Notes: generated from the letters alone by a model not told the origin. Positions 26,611-37,538 are shown, counted from the first letter of the stretch. The stretch is 64,000 bases of DNA from an uncultured Pirellula sp. (GCA_903892355.1 CAITIE010000090.1:109604-173603); one strand, 5' to 3'. A program made the numbers and translations.

Positions 26611-28524
26611 TCAAATATCGGAGAGCTTTCCGGGGGGCCAAGCAGCCCGCAACGCGTTCAGGACCGCTAGTACATCGATGACTTCCTGTGCCACCGCGCC
26701 GCTGACAGGGTTGAGAAATCCAAAGGCGGCCAGGGACATGCCGATGACACTCAGCGCCATGCCGCCGAGAGCACTTTGCAGTGCGATCTGCCTCATACGC
26801 CGGCCCACATGTAGGAACTCATCGACACGTTGCAATGTGTTGTCCATCACGACAACATCGGCAGCTTGGGCGGTGACATCGCTATTGGTCCCGATGGATA
26901 TCCCCACCGACGCGGCCATCATTGCTGGAGCGTCGTTGATGCCATCACCCACATACAAGCACTTTGCGCGCTCTGTTTCACGCCTCACGATCTCTAGTTT
27001 CTGCTCCGGCGTTTGTTGGGCAAGAACCTCGCTGATGCCGACTTGTTCGGCCAAATACCGCGCCTCCGACAGACGATCTCCCGAGAGGATCATGACCCGA
27101 TTGATGTGGTGGTATGCTTCGAGATGCTCAACAAAAGCACGGCTATCAGAACGAGGCGCATCGCGCATCTGGTAAGTCGCCGCATAGGTGTCGTTGATGA
27201 CAACCATGCATTCCAAGCCTTCTCCGGAGGCTGAAAGGTTTTCAAGACCACGGATGTTCATCGTGCCGATCTTACGGCGACTGGTCACCAAAATCTTTTG
27301 GCCGTCGACGACGCCCGTTAAGCCCATTCCAGGGGCTTCGCTTACCTGGGTCGCTGCCCGCTTCGCCAGCCCCTCGGTCTCTGCTTGGCTGACAATAGCT
27401 CGCGAGAGAGGATGTTTGGAATACTGCTCAAGGCTCGCTACCAGCGATAATACTTCACGCGAATCGAAACCGGGTGCGACCAATTGCTGGGTCAGTGTCG
27501 GCTCCCCGTAAGTGAGTGTGCCCGTCTTGTCAAAGATCGCGGTGCGGCACTGGGGGATCTGCTCGAGTGCTACAGGACTCTTTACGATAATCGCACGCGA
27601 TGCGCACAAGGAAATGGATCCCAGGATTGCGATGGGTATGGCCAGCAGCAGCGGGCACGGAGTTGCGATGACTAGGACGGAGAGGAATCGAGTGGCATCG
27701 CCGGAAAACCACCATGCTGCGAATGCTACGAGCAATGCGACCGGCGTAAACCATGCGCCTAGCTGATCTCCCAATCGTCTCAAATTCGGTCGCGTCTGTT
27801 CCGATTCATGCATCACTTCCATAATCTTCGCATACCGCGAATCGGATGCTTCGTGTGTCGACTGGATGACCAGCATCGAATCACCGTTCACTGCTCCGGA
27901 GATGACTGCGGAACCGATCGTCTTGGTGATTAAAAAGGGTTCTCCCGTAAGGTAGGACTCGTCCATGACGCTGTGGCCATCGACCACGGTACCATCGACT
28001 GGGCAGACATCGTGGGGGTAAATGACGATCTGGTCTCCGATGCGAATCTCGCTGAGTGGGATCTGCTCCACCTCCGCTCCTTTTTGGCGGTGGGCAATAC
28101 TCGGCATCCGTTTCGCGAGCGACGAGAGAACGCTCGTAGCATTGGACAACGCATACGACTCGAGCGCTTCTCCACCAGACAGCATCAAAACAATAATCGC
28201 GCCTGCTAGGTATTCTCCGAGCAGGATCGACACAATGATGGATATTCCTCCGAGGAGGTCAGCGCCGAATTGCAATCGAAAGACTTTGGCGAGCAAGTCT
28301 CCGACGAGAGGGATTCCGCCGAGAACGAGGGTGATCCAGAGTGGCCAGTTGGATACATTGCCCGGCAACTGCCACGCATAGTGCATCAGCAAGTGGAGCA
28401 CTATGCAGAGGAACGCGCATACGGCTATGGCTGTGGTCTGGAAACGCTCAAGGAAGACCTTCCATGAAAGTGGCTCTGAAGGGGTCGCACTGCTCGCCGA
28501 TTTCGTCGTAGGTTTGGCTAGCAT
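26611..28524 (-). CDS. P1B-type heavy-metal-translocating ATPase without an N-terminal metal-binding domain, TPCP motif in TM6
   Basis: [19 protein letters not shown] and [13 protein letters not shown] motifs. Four TM segments precede the actuator domain. I place the start at ATG 28524 (MLAKPTTKS), because the longer ORF to 29019 overlaps pdxJ. Confidence 0.8.
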   Translation of the reverse strand: MLAKPTTKSASSATPSEPLSWKVFLERFQTTAIAVCAFLCIVLHLLMHYAWQLPGNVSNWPLWITLVLGGIPLVGDLLAKVFRLQFGADLLGGISIIVSILLGEYLAGAIIVLMLSGGEALESYALSNATSVLSSLAKRMPSIAHRQKGAEVEQIPLSEIRIGDQIVIYPHDVCPVDGTVVDGHSVMDESYLTGEPFLITKTIGSAVISGAVNGDSMLVIQSTHEASDSRYAKIMEVMHESEQTRPNLRRLGDQLGAWFTPVALLVAFAAWWFSGDATRFLSVLVIATPCPLLLAIPIAILGSISLCASRAIIVKSPVALEQIPQCRTAIFDKTGTLTYGEPTLTQQLVAPGFDSREVLSLVASLEQYSKHPLSRAIVSQAETEGLAKRAATQVSEAPGMGLTGVVDGQKILVTSRRKIGTMNIRGLENLSASGEGLECMVVINDTYAATYQMRDAPRSDSRAFVEHLEAYHHINRVMILSGDRLSEARYLAEQVGISEVLAQQTPEQKLEIVRRETERAKCLYVGDGINDAPAMMAASVGISIGTNSDVTAQAADVVVMDNTLQRVDEFLHVGRRMRQIALQSALGGMALSVIGMSLAAFGFLNPVSGAVAQEVIDVLAVLNALRAAWPPGKLSDI

Positions 28525-29234
28525 GACCGGATAAGCCGCTTCATCTCGAATACAGCCTCCTTCATCCCCACCAAAACTGCCCTGGCTACGATGCTGTGGC
28601 CGATATGAAGTTCTCGCATTCCCGGAATCGATGCAACGGGAATCACGTTGTAGTAGGTGAGGCCATGCCCCGCGTGCAAGTGAAGTCCCAAATCGATCGC
28701 ATGCTGGCCCGCCCGGGTTAATCGATCCAGTTCCTGTGTTTGTGCGGAGCCTGTCGCGTGTGCATACTGCCCGGTGTGCAATTCGATCGCTTCCACTCCA
28801 AGTTCTTTCGCAATGTCGACTTGTTCCTGCTCGGGATCGATGAACAAGCTGATTGCGATTCCGAGTCTCTTGAGTCGGTCGATCGCATCCAAAAGAACTT
28901 TGGATCGGGGCCGTAGATCGAGCCCACCTTCGGTGGTGACCTCTTCCCGTTTTTCTGGCACGAGGGTCGCTTGATAAGGCAGGACCTCGCATGCTAACGC
29001 GACAATTTCGGGAGCGCACGATAGTTCGAAGTTCATCTTGGAGCGGATGGTTTCCTTCAGGACACGCACATCGCGGTCTTGGATGTGCCGACGATCCTCT
29101 CGCAGATGGACCGTGATCGAGTCGGCGCCACCTAGCTCTGCTAGAACAGCTCCAGCGACCGGATCAGGCTCAACGGTCCTGCGTGCTTGTCGAATCGTTG
29201 CAATGTGGTCTACGTTGACGCCTAATTCCACCAT
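28518..29234 (-). CDS. pdxJ: Pyridoxine 5'-phosphate synthase
   Basis: [41 protein letters not shown] and [10 protein letters not shown] motifs. Start at ATG 29234. The stop overlaps the ATPase start by 7 nt. Confidence 0.9.
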   Translation of the reverse strand: MVELGVNVDHIATIRQARRTVEPDPVAGAVLAELGGADSITVHLREDRRHIQDRDVRVLKETIRSKMNFELSCAPEIVALACEVLPYQATLVPEKREEVTTEGGLDLRPRSKVLLDAIDRLKRLGIAISLFIDPEQEQVDIAKELGVEAIELHTGQYAHATGSAQTQELDRLTRAGQHAIDLGLHLHAGHGLTYYNVIPVASIPGMRELHIGHSIVARAVLVGMKEAVFEMKRLIRSC

Positions 29235-29561
29235 CCGAAAACTCGCGTTCGCACAATCACCCCAAAATGTCCACAGGAATCCGGTTCGGAAAACCCGTGC
29301 AGAAACAACGCTCGGCACGCCGGACGAACGCTTTGAAATTCAAAGCGAAATTCCTGAGTGTCCTCGATCTTCTCACGATATCTCACAACGGCTTAAAAGC
29401 CAAGAACCCAATTGCGGCGGGTACGATCGAGCTAAAGATTGTACGCGGATATTTCGCTGTTGGATCAATCTTCATCATCGCTTCAGGTTCCAAGTCCTAG
29501 AGTGAAGGAAATAACCGTCACGCCTCTTTTCTCGGTTACGATTCTTTTCACCGTCGGAGGG

Positions 29562-31637
29562 ATGATCATGGCAAAGCGTTTTTCATTTCGCGCACTCCAA
29601 TTGGAGTCTCTCGAACTGCGGCAATTGATGGCGAGCGACCTTCCTGGGTTGCTCCAAACCGGTTTCTTAGAGACGTACTCGGTCGACGGAACCGGGAATA
29701 ACCTTGTGCACATCGAATGGGGATCGACGGACGAGCAGTTACTGCGGTTGGCCAGTCCCCAATACTCCGACGGCATTGCTTTGCCAGGTGGAACCACTCG
29801 TCCAAGCCCTCGGGAGATCAGCAACACGGTCTCCGACCAAGGCTCCACAGGGATGGTGAATCAAGGCCGAATGTCTGCATTCGCATACGCATGGGGGCAA
29901 TTCATCGACCACGATTTAGGGCTCACACCGACCGGTGCCTCGGAAAAGCTTTCTATTGCGATTCCAAAGGGGGATCCTTATTTTGACCCTGCAGGCACGG
30001 GTACAAAAACCATGTCGCTCGACCGTTCGGCCATTGCCTCAGGGACCGGGACCAGCACCTCAAATCCTCGCCAACAAATCAATGCGCTGACCGCTTGGCT
30101 CGATGGCTCAATGATTTACGGATCGGATACGGTTACCGCAAAATCCCTTCGGACGATGGTAGACGGCAAAATGAAGCTTGCTGCTGACGGAATGCTGCCT
30201 CTCAACAATAGCCAGAATTTTCCTTCGGGAACCGTCCCCATGTTTAATGGTTCGCCGACACTTTCATCGGACCAGATGTTTGCCGCGGGTGAAGTACGGG
30301 CCAACGAGAACATCGAGCTTTCGAGTCTGCAGACCTTGTTTATTCGCGAGCACAATCGCTGGGCGACGATTCTCAAGACCAAGAGTACGTCATTGACCGA
30401 TGAAGAACTTTACGTCCGATCTCGATCCATTGTCATCGGCGAGCTTCAGTCGATCACGTTCAATGAATGGCTACCGTCGATCCTAGGTCCCAAGGCGATT
30501 GGTCCCTATCGAGGCTACAATCCGAGTACCAATCCGCAGTTGAGCAATGAGTTTGCAACCGCAGCATTTCGCTTTGGGCATAGTTTGCTCGGCGATGAAA
30601 TCGGATTTTTGGATAGCAGTGGCAAGGCCATCGTTGAGGATGTGGCCCTTTCGGATGCCCTGTTCAATCCTGTTCTACTCCAGAAATTCGGGCTTGAGCC
30701 AATCCTGAAGTATCTGGCTAGTGATTCCGCTTCGGAGCTAGACATCAAAGTTGTGAACAGCGTGAGGAATTTCCTGTTTGGCCCTCCTGGGGCGGGAGGA
30801 TTGGATTTGGTTAGCTTGAATATTCAGCGTGGACGTGACCATGGACTGGCCAGTTACAACGCAGTCCGTGCATCGATGGGATTGCCCAAGGTCAAGGGCT
30901 TCGAAGGGATTACAAGCGATGTTGCGATGCAGAATAAGCTCAAAGCCCTTTATGGAACGGTCGACAATATGGATCTTTGGGTCGCGATTTTGGCCGAGGA
31001 TCATGTTCCAGGAGGCAATCTCGGGCCGACCGGTACCAGGATTGTTGCCGCACAATTCGAACGCATTCGCAACGGTGATCGCCTGTGGTACCAACGAACC
31101 TTCAATGGCTCCCTGCTCAATGAAATCCAAAGGACAACACTTTCCGATGTGATCGCGAGGAATACATCGCTGAAGAATGTGCAGGCCAACGTCTTCGTAT
31201 TTTATCCGAGAGTCGAAGGGATGGTCACTGCGGATCTGCCAGGAGGTAATCCCTCAGGAGCGTTGCGAGGAGGCCCCGTGCGACCGAACCCTGTCGCAGT
31301 ACCGTTGGCGGGTTGGACCGTTTCGTTGATCGACCAAGATGGCGTGGAGGTTGCCTCCACACGTACGGATTCGCGAGGCCAATTCCGATTGGACTCTATC
31401 TCCGGCCTAAAGACGGGTTCTTTCAAAATCCAGTTGACCAAAGATCCCATGGGAAATAGGGTCGTTCGAGGGGATTCGCAATGCGTAGGGATCCAACGGG
31501 GTGATCAAGTCGTAACGGGGATTCGATTGAGTTTGCCTCTTCCTCGAGGCTTGCAAGCACCGTTAGCCGCAACGGCGGTTGTGCTGAAGAAATCCAAGTT
31601 AGCAACCGATTCGGTTTTCTCAGAATTGGGGCGATGA
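29562..31637 (+). CDS. Secreted animal-haem-peroxidase-family protein with C-terminal carboxypeptidase-regulatory-like domain
   Basis: AYAWGQFIDHDL and RANENIELSSLQTLFIREHN haem-peroxidase motifs. N-terminus carries RALQLESLELRQLMASDL. The C-terminus has GWTVSLIDQDGVEVASTRTDSRGQFRL. GGAGG precedes ATG 29562/29568. Confidence 0.8.
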   Translation: MIMAKRFSFRALQLESLELRQLMASDLPGLLQTGFLETYSVDGTGNNLVHIEWGSTDEQLLRLASPQYSDGIALPGGTTRPSPREISNTVSDQGSTGMVNQGRMSAFAYAWGQFIDHDLGLTPTGASEKLSIAIPKGDPYFDPAGTGTKTMSLDRSAIASGTGTSTSNPRQQINALTAWLDGSMIYGSDTVTAKSLRTMVDGKMKLAADGMLPLNNSQNFPSGTVPMFNGSPTLSSDQMFAAGEVRANENIELSSLQTLFIREHNRWATILKTKSTSLTDEELYVRSRSIVIGELQSITFNEWLPSILGPKAIGPYRGYNPSTNPQLSNEFATAAFRFGHSLLGDEIGFLDSSGKAIVEDVALSDALFNPVLLQKFGLEPILKYLASDSASELDIKVVNSVRNFLFGPPGAGGLDLVSLNIQRGRDHGLASYNAVRASMGLPKVKGFEGITSDVAMQNKLKALYGTVDNMDLWVAILAEDHVPGGNLGPTGTRIVAAQFERIRNGDRLWYQRTFNGSLLNEIQRTTLSDVIARNTSLKNVQANVFVFYPRVEGMVTADLPGGNPSGALRGGPVRPNPVAVPLAGWTVSLIDQDGVEVASTRTDSRGQFRLDSISGLKTGSFKIQLTKDPMGNRVVRGDSQCVGIQRGDQVVTGIRLSLPLPRGLQAPLAATAVVLKKSKLATDSVFSELGR

Positions 31638-31896
31638 TTTCCTAATAGCACGTTGAAAAGCGATCGAACTTGTAGCGGTGCAGCGCAAGCTGCCCGGTTT
31701 CTCCCCATAAAGCGAGACTTACCGGACGGCTCGCGCTGTTCCGCTCCCGTTTTTCAACAGACTGCTAAAGATGGTAGCTCTTTCATTGCCAGGGGGCCAT
31801 TTGGGGCCCTGGCAAAATAACTCTCGGTTCGGTTTGAGAAGTTTGGCGTTGCGAATTAAACTTCGCTGACCGAACTCCAAGCACGTCCTTGAACCG

Positions 31897-33144
31897 ATGA
31901 GTACTAAATTGCGATCCCGCAAGTCACTAAAGCGATCCCGCATGTCACTACAGCAGCGTATCTTGGCGATCGCGTCGTTGATGCCCGCTTCGATGGTAGC
32001 TCCGAATCTGCCTCTGTTGTCGATTGCTAGCAGTTCTGCAGTGTGTCTCTCCATCGCAGGCATGGTGGGTTGTGGATCCCGTTCGGAACAGACGGCGGCT
32101 GCAACGGCCGGCTCCTCGTCGACGAGTGCATTAGCCAACGGTTCCGCACCGTCTAATCTCATCGAGTTCGTCGATAGAACCATCTCGGAGAATCGCGATC
32201 GCAGGTTGCTGTCGATTGATCGTAATGCAGCGTGGCAGGTAGCCCATGGAGCGGTGGCGTACGGTCTCGAGCTTCCCTTGGATGTCGACGGGACTCGCAC
32301 GCCTGCATTGGGTTATTTATTCTCAGGTGGGGCCATGCGAGGTTGGCAGTTGTCGGCTGGGCCAGTGCATCCAGTAACAGGCCGGCCGATGCTAAAGGCC
32401 TTTGTGGAAGCGGGGAGTTATGTTGGCCAAGGCCACGTCGATCAGTTCTTGGGATATATCTCGCAGAACCACCTACCCCTCGATCTGGAGGTCTTGGTCG
32501 ACAATCAGAAGTTGACCCTCGAGGATTGGGGGCGGACGGCGCAGTGGGAGATACCCAACAATCCGTACCGCGAATACAGCTGGACCTTGATCGCCCTTAC
32601 GAACTTGTTCCCCAACGACTATGAATGGCAAGCGGCTGATGGCAAGACCTGGACATTGGAGCCGCTGGTCGAGTTCGAGGCCAAGCAGGATCTTACCGAC
32701 AGCCCGTGTGGCGGCATGCATCGTTTGATGGGGCTGGCGCACGCGGTGAAGTATTGGAAAGCGAGAGGGCTTGGGTTTCGAGGTGGATGGGCGCTCGCCG
32801 ACCAAGTTGTCCGCAACTCGATCGACACGATTCGCAAGTTCCAAAACTCCGATGGGACGTTTTCTGCGAATTACACATCTCGACCGGGTACGAGTTCGGA
32901 TCTGACCACACGTATTGGTACAACAGGTCATACTCTTGAGTTCATTGCATTCGCATTGGACGACCGAGAACTTCAGGCCCCATGGGTCGAGCGCGCGGTC
33001 CGGCGACTTTGCGAAATGCTTGAGGCAGCTAATGAAGTCGAGTTGGAGTGTGGCGGCCTCTACCATGGCCTTGCAGGCTTAAAACTCTATCGCGACAGGA
33101 TGCAATCACTGGGAGCGAAATCGGTGAGTAGCTCGACTCGTTAA
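31897..33144 (+). CDS. Hypothetical lipoprotein
   Basis: ATG at 31897. A lipobox-like LSIAGMVGCGS is present. FQNSDGTFS resembles a QW/prenyltransferase-type repeat. No confident family assignment. Confidence 0.5.
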   Translation: MSTKLRSRKSLKRSRMSLQQRILAIASLMPASMVAPNLPLLSIASSSAVCLSIAGMVGCGSRSEQTAAATAGSSSTSALANGSAPSNLIEFVDRTISENRDRRLLSIDRNAAWQVAHGAVAYGLELPLDVDGTRTPALGYLFSGGAMRGWQLSAGPVHPVTGRPMLKAFVEAGSYVGQGHVDQFLGYISQNHLPLDLEVLVDNQKLTLEDWGRTAQWEIPNNPYREYSWTLIALTNLFPNDYEWQAADGKTWTLEPLVEFEAKQDLTDSPCGGMHRLMGLAHAVKYWKARGLGFRGGWALADQVVRNSIDTIRKFQNSDGTFSANYTSRPGTSSDLTTRIGTTGHTLEFIAFALDDRELQAPWVERAVRRLCEMLEAANEVELECGGLYHGLAGLKLYRDRMQSLGAKSVSSSTR

Positions 33145-33389
33145 ACCAAATCGCACAGGGCCGTTGTCCCCAGCCCCGCAGTGTTTTGTTGCAAACCATC
33201 GCTCAGATTCGCCTACAGGAAATCTGTTGTGGATCTTGCGTATGCTCCATTGCTGGTCTCGTTCGGCGACGAGTGATCTGCAGAAGGTACCTCGCCAAAG
33301 GAGATTTGGCAGATTTAAACTATCTCGTTTTCAAAGTATGCTTGAATTGAAACTGGAATTGTCTTGATGCATTTCTTTAAGTAATGAAA

Positions 33390-33419
33390 AAAGCCGGTGC
33401 TAAGAGTAGCCCCGGCTTT
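33390..33419. terminator. Possible bidirectional terminator hairpin between convergent genes
   Basis: AAAGCCGG, a 14-nt loop, then CCGGCTTT, flanked by an A-run and a T-run. The stem is short and the loop is large. Confidence 0.35.
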
Positions 33420-33446
33420 AAAATAGTCTGCGAATTTAGACTCGGA

Positions 33447-34529
33447 TCAATCGGGAACTGTGACTACCATGCCGTCTTGAATAGAACCCATAGCTCGGTA
33501 GGTCGTGAGATCGATATCGTTCGCAATGTAACGTACGCTGCCGTCAGCGAACGCGAAATTTCCTCCAGTCGCATGGTCGCTGGTGAAGCCAAGATTGTTT
33601 TGCCAATCTTCAAAGCATAGTTCGCGACCTCTTCGGGGCGATTGTCCTGCTGCCTGTGAGCATCGCGCGATATCATTGAGTGGTATGGCGGTTGTCGCTA
33701 CACAACCTTTAAAGTAGTACCACCAATTATCTCGATTGTAGCTTCCGACGGATTCGCCAATCATCATCGTGTTACTCAACCCGTCTTTAATCGATGCGAT
33801 CAAGGTATTGCAAGGTCGTCCTGGTGCGGTGAATGCACCACTCGTTGGTGTTGACCTTCTCATCGGCTCGTATCCTTTGTAACCGGCAAAGAAAATTCCA
33901 TTGCCGTTTCCGAAGTTGTTCCCATTGTTGATCATGAATGGGTCTGAGTTGAAGTTCTTGGGATCAGCGCTATTGAGTGGGGGGCCCACCGGAATCGCAT
34001 AAAGCCCCCAAATCCAATTGCTACCCGACACACCTTTGTAGCTGGTGGTCGCAAATGGACTAGCCGCTCGATCACCACGATTTCCGAGTGGTGTTACCGT
34101 GGTGTCGCTCGGGCATCGAAATAACGGTAGTCGCTGTTGTGCAACCGCTAAGTTCTGAACATTATTTACGTCAGCGGTCATCACAATCGAGCGATACAGC
34201 GTGTCTTGTTCTATGTAAGGTAGTATGTTTGTCATCCAAGAAATTTGCGTAACTCCCAACGGTGGCGGTTCATCAAGGATGTCTAGCGGGGGAGATGCTG
34301 CGATAAAGTCACCATAGTTCCCCGGCATCTGCTTTCGAGCGCCTTCAAAGCTGGTGACGGCTACTCCTAACTGCCTGATATTGCTACTGCAACTCATTCG
34401 ACGTGCTGCTTCGCGAGCTGCTTGGACGGCGGGCAACAGCAATCCAACCAATACGCCGATGATGGCGATCACCACCAGCAGTTCGACCAAGGTGAAGCCT
34501 CGTCGACGAAGCCGAGTACGCATAGACAT
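33447..34529 (-). CDS. DUF1559 protein (prepilin-type N-terminus, H-X9-DG C-terminal motif)
   Basis: ATG at 34529. RRGFTLVELLVVIAIIGVLVGLLLPAVQAAREAARR is a type IV pilin-like leader. The C-terminal HATGGNFAFADG fits H-X9-DG. Confidence 0.85.
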   Translation of the reverse strand: MSMRTRLRRRGFTLVELLVVIAIIGVLVGLLLPAVQAAREAARRMSCSSNIRQLGVAVTSFEGARKQMPGNYGDFIAASPPLDILDEPPPLGVTQISWMTNILPYIEQDTLYRSIVMTADVNNVQNLAVAQQRLPLFRCPSDTTVTPLGNRGDRAASPFATTSYKGVSGSNWIWGLYAIPVGPPLNSADPKNFNSDPFMINNGNNFGNGNGIFFAGYKGYEPMRRSTPTSGAFTAPGRPCNTLIASIKDGLSNTMMIGESVGSYNRDNWWYYFKGCVATTAIPLNDIARCSQAAGQSPRRGRELCFEDWQNNLGFTSDHATGGNFAFADGSVRYIANDIDLTTYRAMGSIQDGMVVTVPD

Positions 34530-34870
34530 GTTTTCTATCTCCAGAATCTGAAAAGTTGACCAGCCCACAAATCGAAACAAGTTGCTTAAGAAACAAGTTG
34601 CGAAAGATGTGCCGGAACGCGAGCAATGTTGCAGTGCTCGTTTCGCCTTGGCGGTCAGGTGCCTGCAGAGTGAACTCGGCAGTGTGGTGTGCAGCGGCGG
34701 AAATCGAAGTCTTGGCCGAGATTGCTCCATTCAAGGCCTAGTTCTATGGTACGGGATGCAGGTGCAATGTCAAGAAATCCAATAAAATCCCGATGAAATT
34801 AGAGGATATTCCACGTTCAGGCTTTGCCGGTTGCGCGGTCGATGGGTACACCGTTCGCGCGGCTTACTCA

Positions 34871-36373
34871 TCACCTCGTACGGGCGTCAAGCGTCGCTGT
34901 TTCGCAGGTTTTCGTTCGCTGGAGGCGTCGACCAAGCGACGCGATTCCGCAAGCCGCGACAAGGCTGACTACCGGCACCGCTGGACCTCGCATTCGCATA
35001 TTGCTCCAGTAAACGCTGTGGACCATCATTAGGCTGAGTACTAACGCCAGCCCGGGAGCCCAGGCAAACCAAGCGAATCGAAGCCTTTTCAGTCTCGTTT
35101 GCCCGTGGATCGCAGCCCCATCCATGGGCGATCGCTGACGCCATGCTAAGAACCCGGCCACCAGCCCGCTTACCGCACATCCATACACGGCCCCATACCA
35201 AAGGAAGATTCCCCAACGAACGCCCAGGCCAGCTTGTCTCTCCGAAGGCCACATCGCCCAAAACCAGCCGAGACGCACCGCGCACGCTCGAAAAAACACC
35301 CGCAGTTCGGATCGGATGGTTTCCATTGCCAGCCGATTGGCCAACCGGTCGCTAGCGATCTCGCTCGAGCCGTCGAGCACCGATCGCTCGGCTCGCCACC
35401 TAGTATGAAATGCTTCCTCGTTCCACTCGCGCGACCCCGACGAGCGAAGATGCTCATAAAGGACGGGATTGTTGGCCAAGTACAGCGTGTAGCCACCGTG
35501 CGTCGTGGTCACAACAGGGTGACCGAGCATGTTCTGGTTGCGTATCCCCCAATCACCGAGGATCGCACCAAAGGCTACCACCAAAATGGTCCCATTCAGG
35601 ACCGTTCCCCATCGCCATAGGAAGTTGCGTTGGTGGAAGAGAACTCGGCCGGTAGCATTACCGAGAAGCCATAGGACCAACCAAGCCAACGCGGTGGGGC
35701 GGCAAAGGCATGCGAGACCGAGTGTCACGCCCAATAGCAAACTCCGTAGGATTTGGTGCCCCAGCAATTCATGCGGATGTTCCAAGCGGGGAAGTACTTC
35801 CTGTGGCGGCGATTCACGTTTTCCAGGATCACCATGGCGCCGCCATCGCTCAAACCATGGTCGCCGTGCAATGGCGAGCCACCATGCCAGCACTCCTAGA
35901 AATGTTGCAAGTGTTTCCGTCATCACCAGGGTCGACTGTCTGAGCAAAATCGGATCGATCAAGACCAATCCGGCAGCGATAGCACTGATCGTCTGCGATA
36001 GCGACAAACGCCGACCAATCTTGAAAGTCAGCCAGCAGGTGAGTGCGCCAAGCATTGCGTGCGCAATAGCAATTCCCAAGCATTCGCCGCGTGCGTTGTT
36101 TGGCATTACCAACCAAGAAAGCATCCAGGGATACAGTGGTGGCCGGTACGCGGTCGGTACTGCTTCGCCATCGGTTCCCATGAGGCCATAGACGCCGGTC
36201 CTCGCCCATGTGGTTGCCAGCGACCGGTAGGCATCGGGATCTTCGCGAAATGAATCGGAACTCGCTGTGATTACAGCCATCCGAATCGCGAAGCAAAGGG
36301 CGATCGCCGCGCCCCATTTCCAACCGGATCTTCCTGGTCTGGGGCTAACTCGTTCGGGGCTAACTGGAGGCAC
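34871..36373 (-). CDS. GT-C fold glycosyltransferase (family 39/83, ArnT/PMT-like)
   Basis: Polytopic membrane protein with a first periplasmic loop SFREDPDAYRSLA, the (D/E)(D/E)xxY-type motif of ArnT/PMT enzymes. GTG start at 36373 overlaps the upstream gene by 14 nt. Confidence 0.6.
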   Translation of the reverse strand: MPPVSPERVSPRPGRSGWKWGAAIALCFAIRMAVITASSDSFREDPDAYRSLATTWARTGVYGLMGTDGEAVPTAYRPPLYPWMLSWLVMPNNARGECLGIAIAHAMLGALTCWLTFKIGRRLSLSQTISAIAAGLVLIDPILLRQSTLVMTETLATFLGVLAWWLAIARRPWFERWRRHGDPGKRESPPQEVLPRLEHPHELLGHQILRSLLLGVTLGLACLCRPTALAWLVLWLLGNATGRVLFHQRNFLWRWGTVLNGTILVVAFGAILGDWGIRNQNMLGHPVVTTTHGGYTLYLANNPVLYEHLRSSGSREWNEEAFHTRWRAERSVLDGSSEIASDRLANRLAMETIRSELRVFFRACAVRLGWFWAMWPSERQAGLGVRWGIFLWYGAVYGCAVSGLVAGFLAWRQRSPMDGAAIHGQTRLKRLRFAWFAWAPGLALVLSLMMVHSVYWSNMRMRGPAVPVVSLVAACGIASLGRRLQRTKTCETATLDARTR

Positions 36374-37538
36374 CAGGTGACCAACCTAGTTTGGGCGTTA
36401 GTTCTGTCTTCATCGGCATGGACTGTATGCCTTGGATGCGTTGCTTCGCACGCCCGACGTCTTCCTGATTCCAATGAGGTTGCAACTTCAATCGGAACGT
36501 TCGGGACTGGCCACCTTGCAAGCGGACCACGCGACCTTGTTGCTCCTCGAAGGACTTCGTATTTGGAAATCCGGTAGCGGGCTCGATCCCGAGAACGTAT
36601 CCATCCTCGACCCCGGCAGTATTCTTCCAAAAATTGAGGCATGGGAGAGTTCGTGTATCGAAGTGAACACTGTATCCGAGCGACTCATCGCTGTTGGTGA
36701 GCATCGCTTCGGTCCAATGGTTTTCGTCCGCCAACGGTGTGGAGTAGTAGACTTGTTCGCGGAACCCGTCCTGAGGGCCTTGGCATACACTCCAATCGTC
36801 GATCCCTTCCGCCGCGCGGTCGTCGCGAGGAGCAACTGTTTCCAATGCGGCGAATAGCTTCGAGCCAGCTTGCAATAGAGGTTGGCCCAAATTGATGTGG
36901 TAGAGCAATTGCATGGTGCCCGTCGACGTCAATGGATTGGTGACCTTGTCCGTGATTTCGATCTCGCTCGAATTGACCTTGAATCGAATCCGCGACTCGA
37001 GTTCCAGGGTGTAGACGAGAAACCTCGATTCGGTCACTGTTCCGATGACCTCGAGGACTCCTGATTGGGTGTCCACTTCGACTCTCAGCGAGTGGGCTGG
37101 CAAATTGGCGATACGTCCGTGAACGCTATACCGCACGTTCCCTTGTTCGGTGAACTCAGGTGCACCGTTGCTGAGCAGTCCACAGCGGACCAACAACTCA
37201 TCGAAACCTTCGAGCCAGCCGATGCCTGATGGGTCGCCGATCGGGACCAAGCTTGGATGGACTGGACCGCGTACCGGACTCTGCCAACCCAATTCCGTGT
37301 TACCGAACCAACACTTCCATACCCCCATGCCGCGAGCTGGCAGCAACGTGGCTTTCATGGCCCCCGTATCGATCGTTAGGCATTTCATTCCGTTGGAAGG
37401 ACCATCGTTCCACTCGGACCAATCGATGGAGAATTTTCCACAGGAGACATCGATGGAATCCGGAATCGCGTACGGAGCTTTCGAGGTGGAACCGCGAGAA
37501 TCGATCAAGTTCCAGGATTGGTAATTCGGAGAGGCCAT
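36360..37538 (-). CDS. DUF4432 / aldose-1-epimerase-like (galactose mutarotase fold) protein
   Basis: ATG at 37538 (MASPNYQSW). LLPARGMGVWKCWFGNTELGWQSPVRGPVHP and the general mutarotase-like pattern. The family call is from memory only. Confidence 0.5.
   Translation of the reverse strand: MASPNYQSWNLIDSRGSTSKAPYAIPDSIDVSCGKFSIDWSEWNDGPSNGMKCLTIDTGAMKATLLPARGMGVWKCWFGNTELGWQSPVRGPVHPSLVPIGDPSGIGWLEGFDELLVRCGLLSNGAPEFTEQGNVRYSVHGRIANLPAHSLRVEVDTQSGVLEVIGTVTESRFLVYTLELESRIRFKVNSSEIEITDKVTNPLTSTGTMQLLYHINLGQPLLQAGSKLFAALETVAPRDDRAAEGIDDWSVCQGPQDGFREQVYYSTPLADENHWTEAMLTNSDESLGYSVHFDTRTLPCLNFWKNTAGVEDGYVLGIEPATGFPNTKSFEEQQGRVVRLQGGQSRTFRLKLQPHWNQEDVGRAKQRIQGIQSMPMKTELTPKLGWSPGASS

Noticed and set aside
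28525-29019. N-terminal 165-aa extension of the ATPase ORF (the track gives 802 aa)
   Set aside because: The extension overlaps pdxJ in another frame and is Arg/Ser/Gly-rich nonsense. The internal ATG at 28524 gives a normal P1B-ATPase N-terminus.
31719-32300. 193-aa minus-strand ORF
   Set aside because: It overlaps the start of the lipoprotein gene on the opposite strand. It has no motif, and the plus-strand gene carries a clear lipobox signal.
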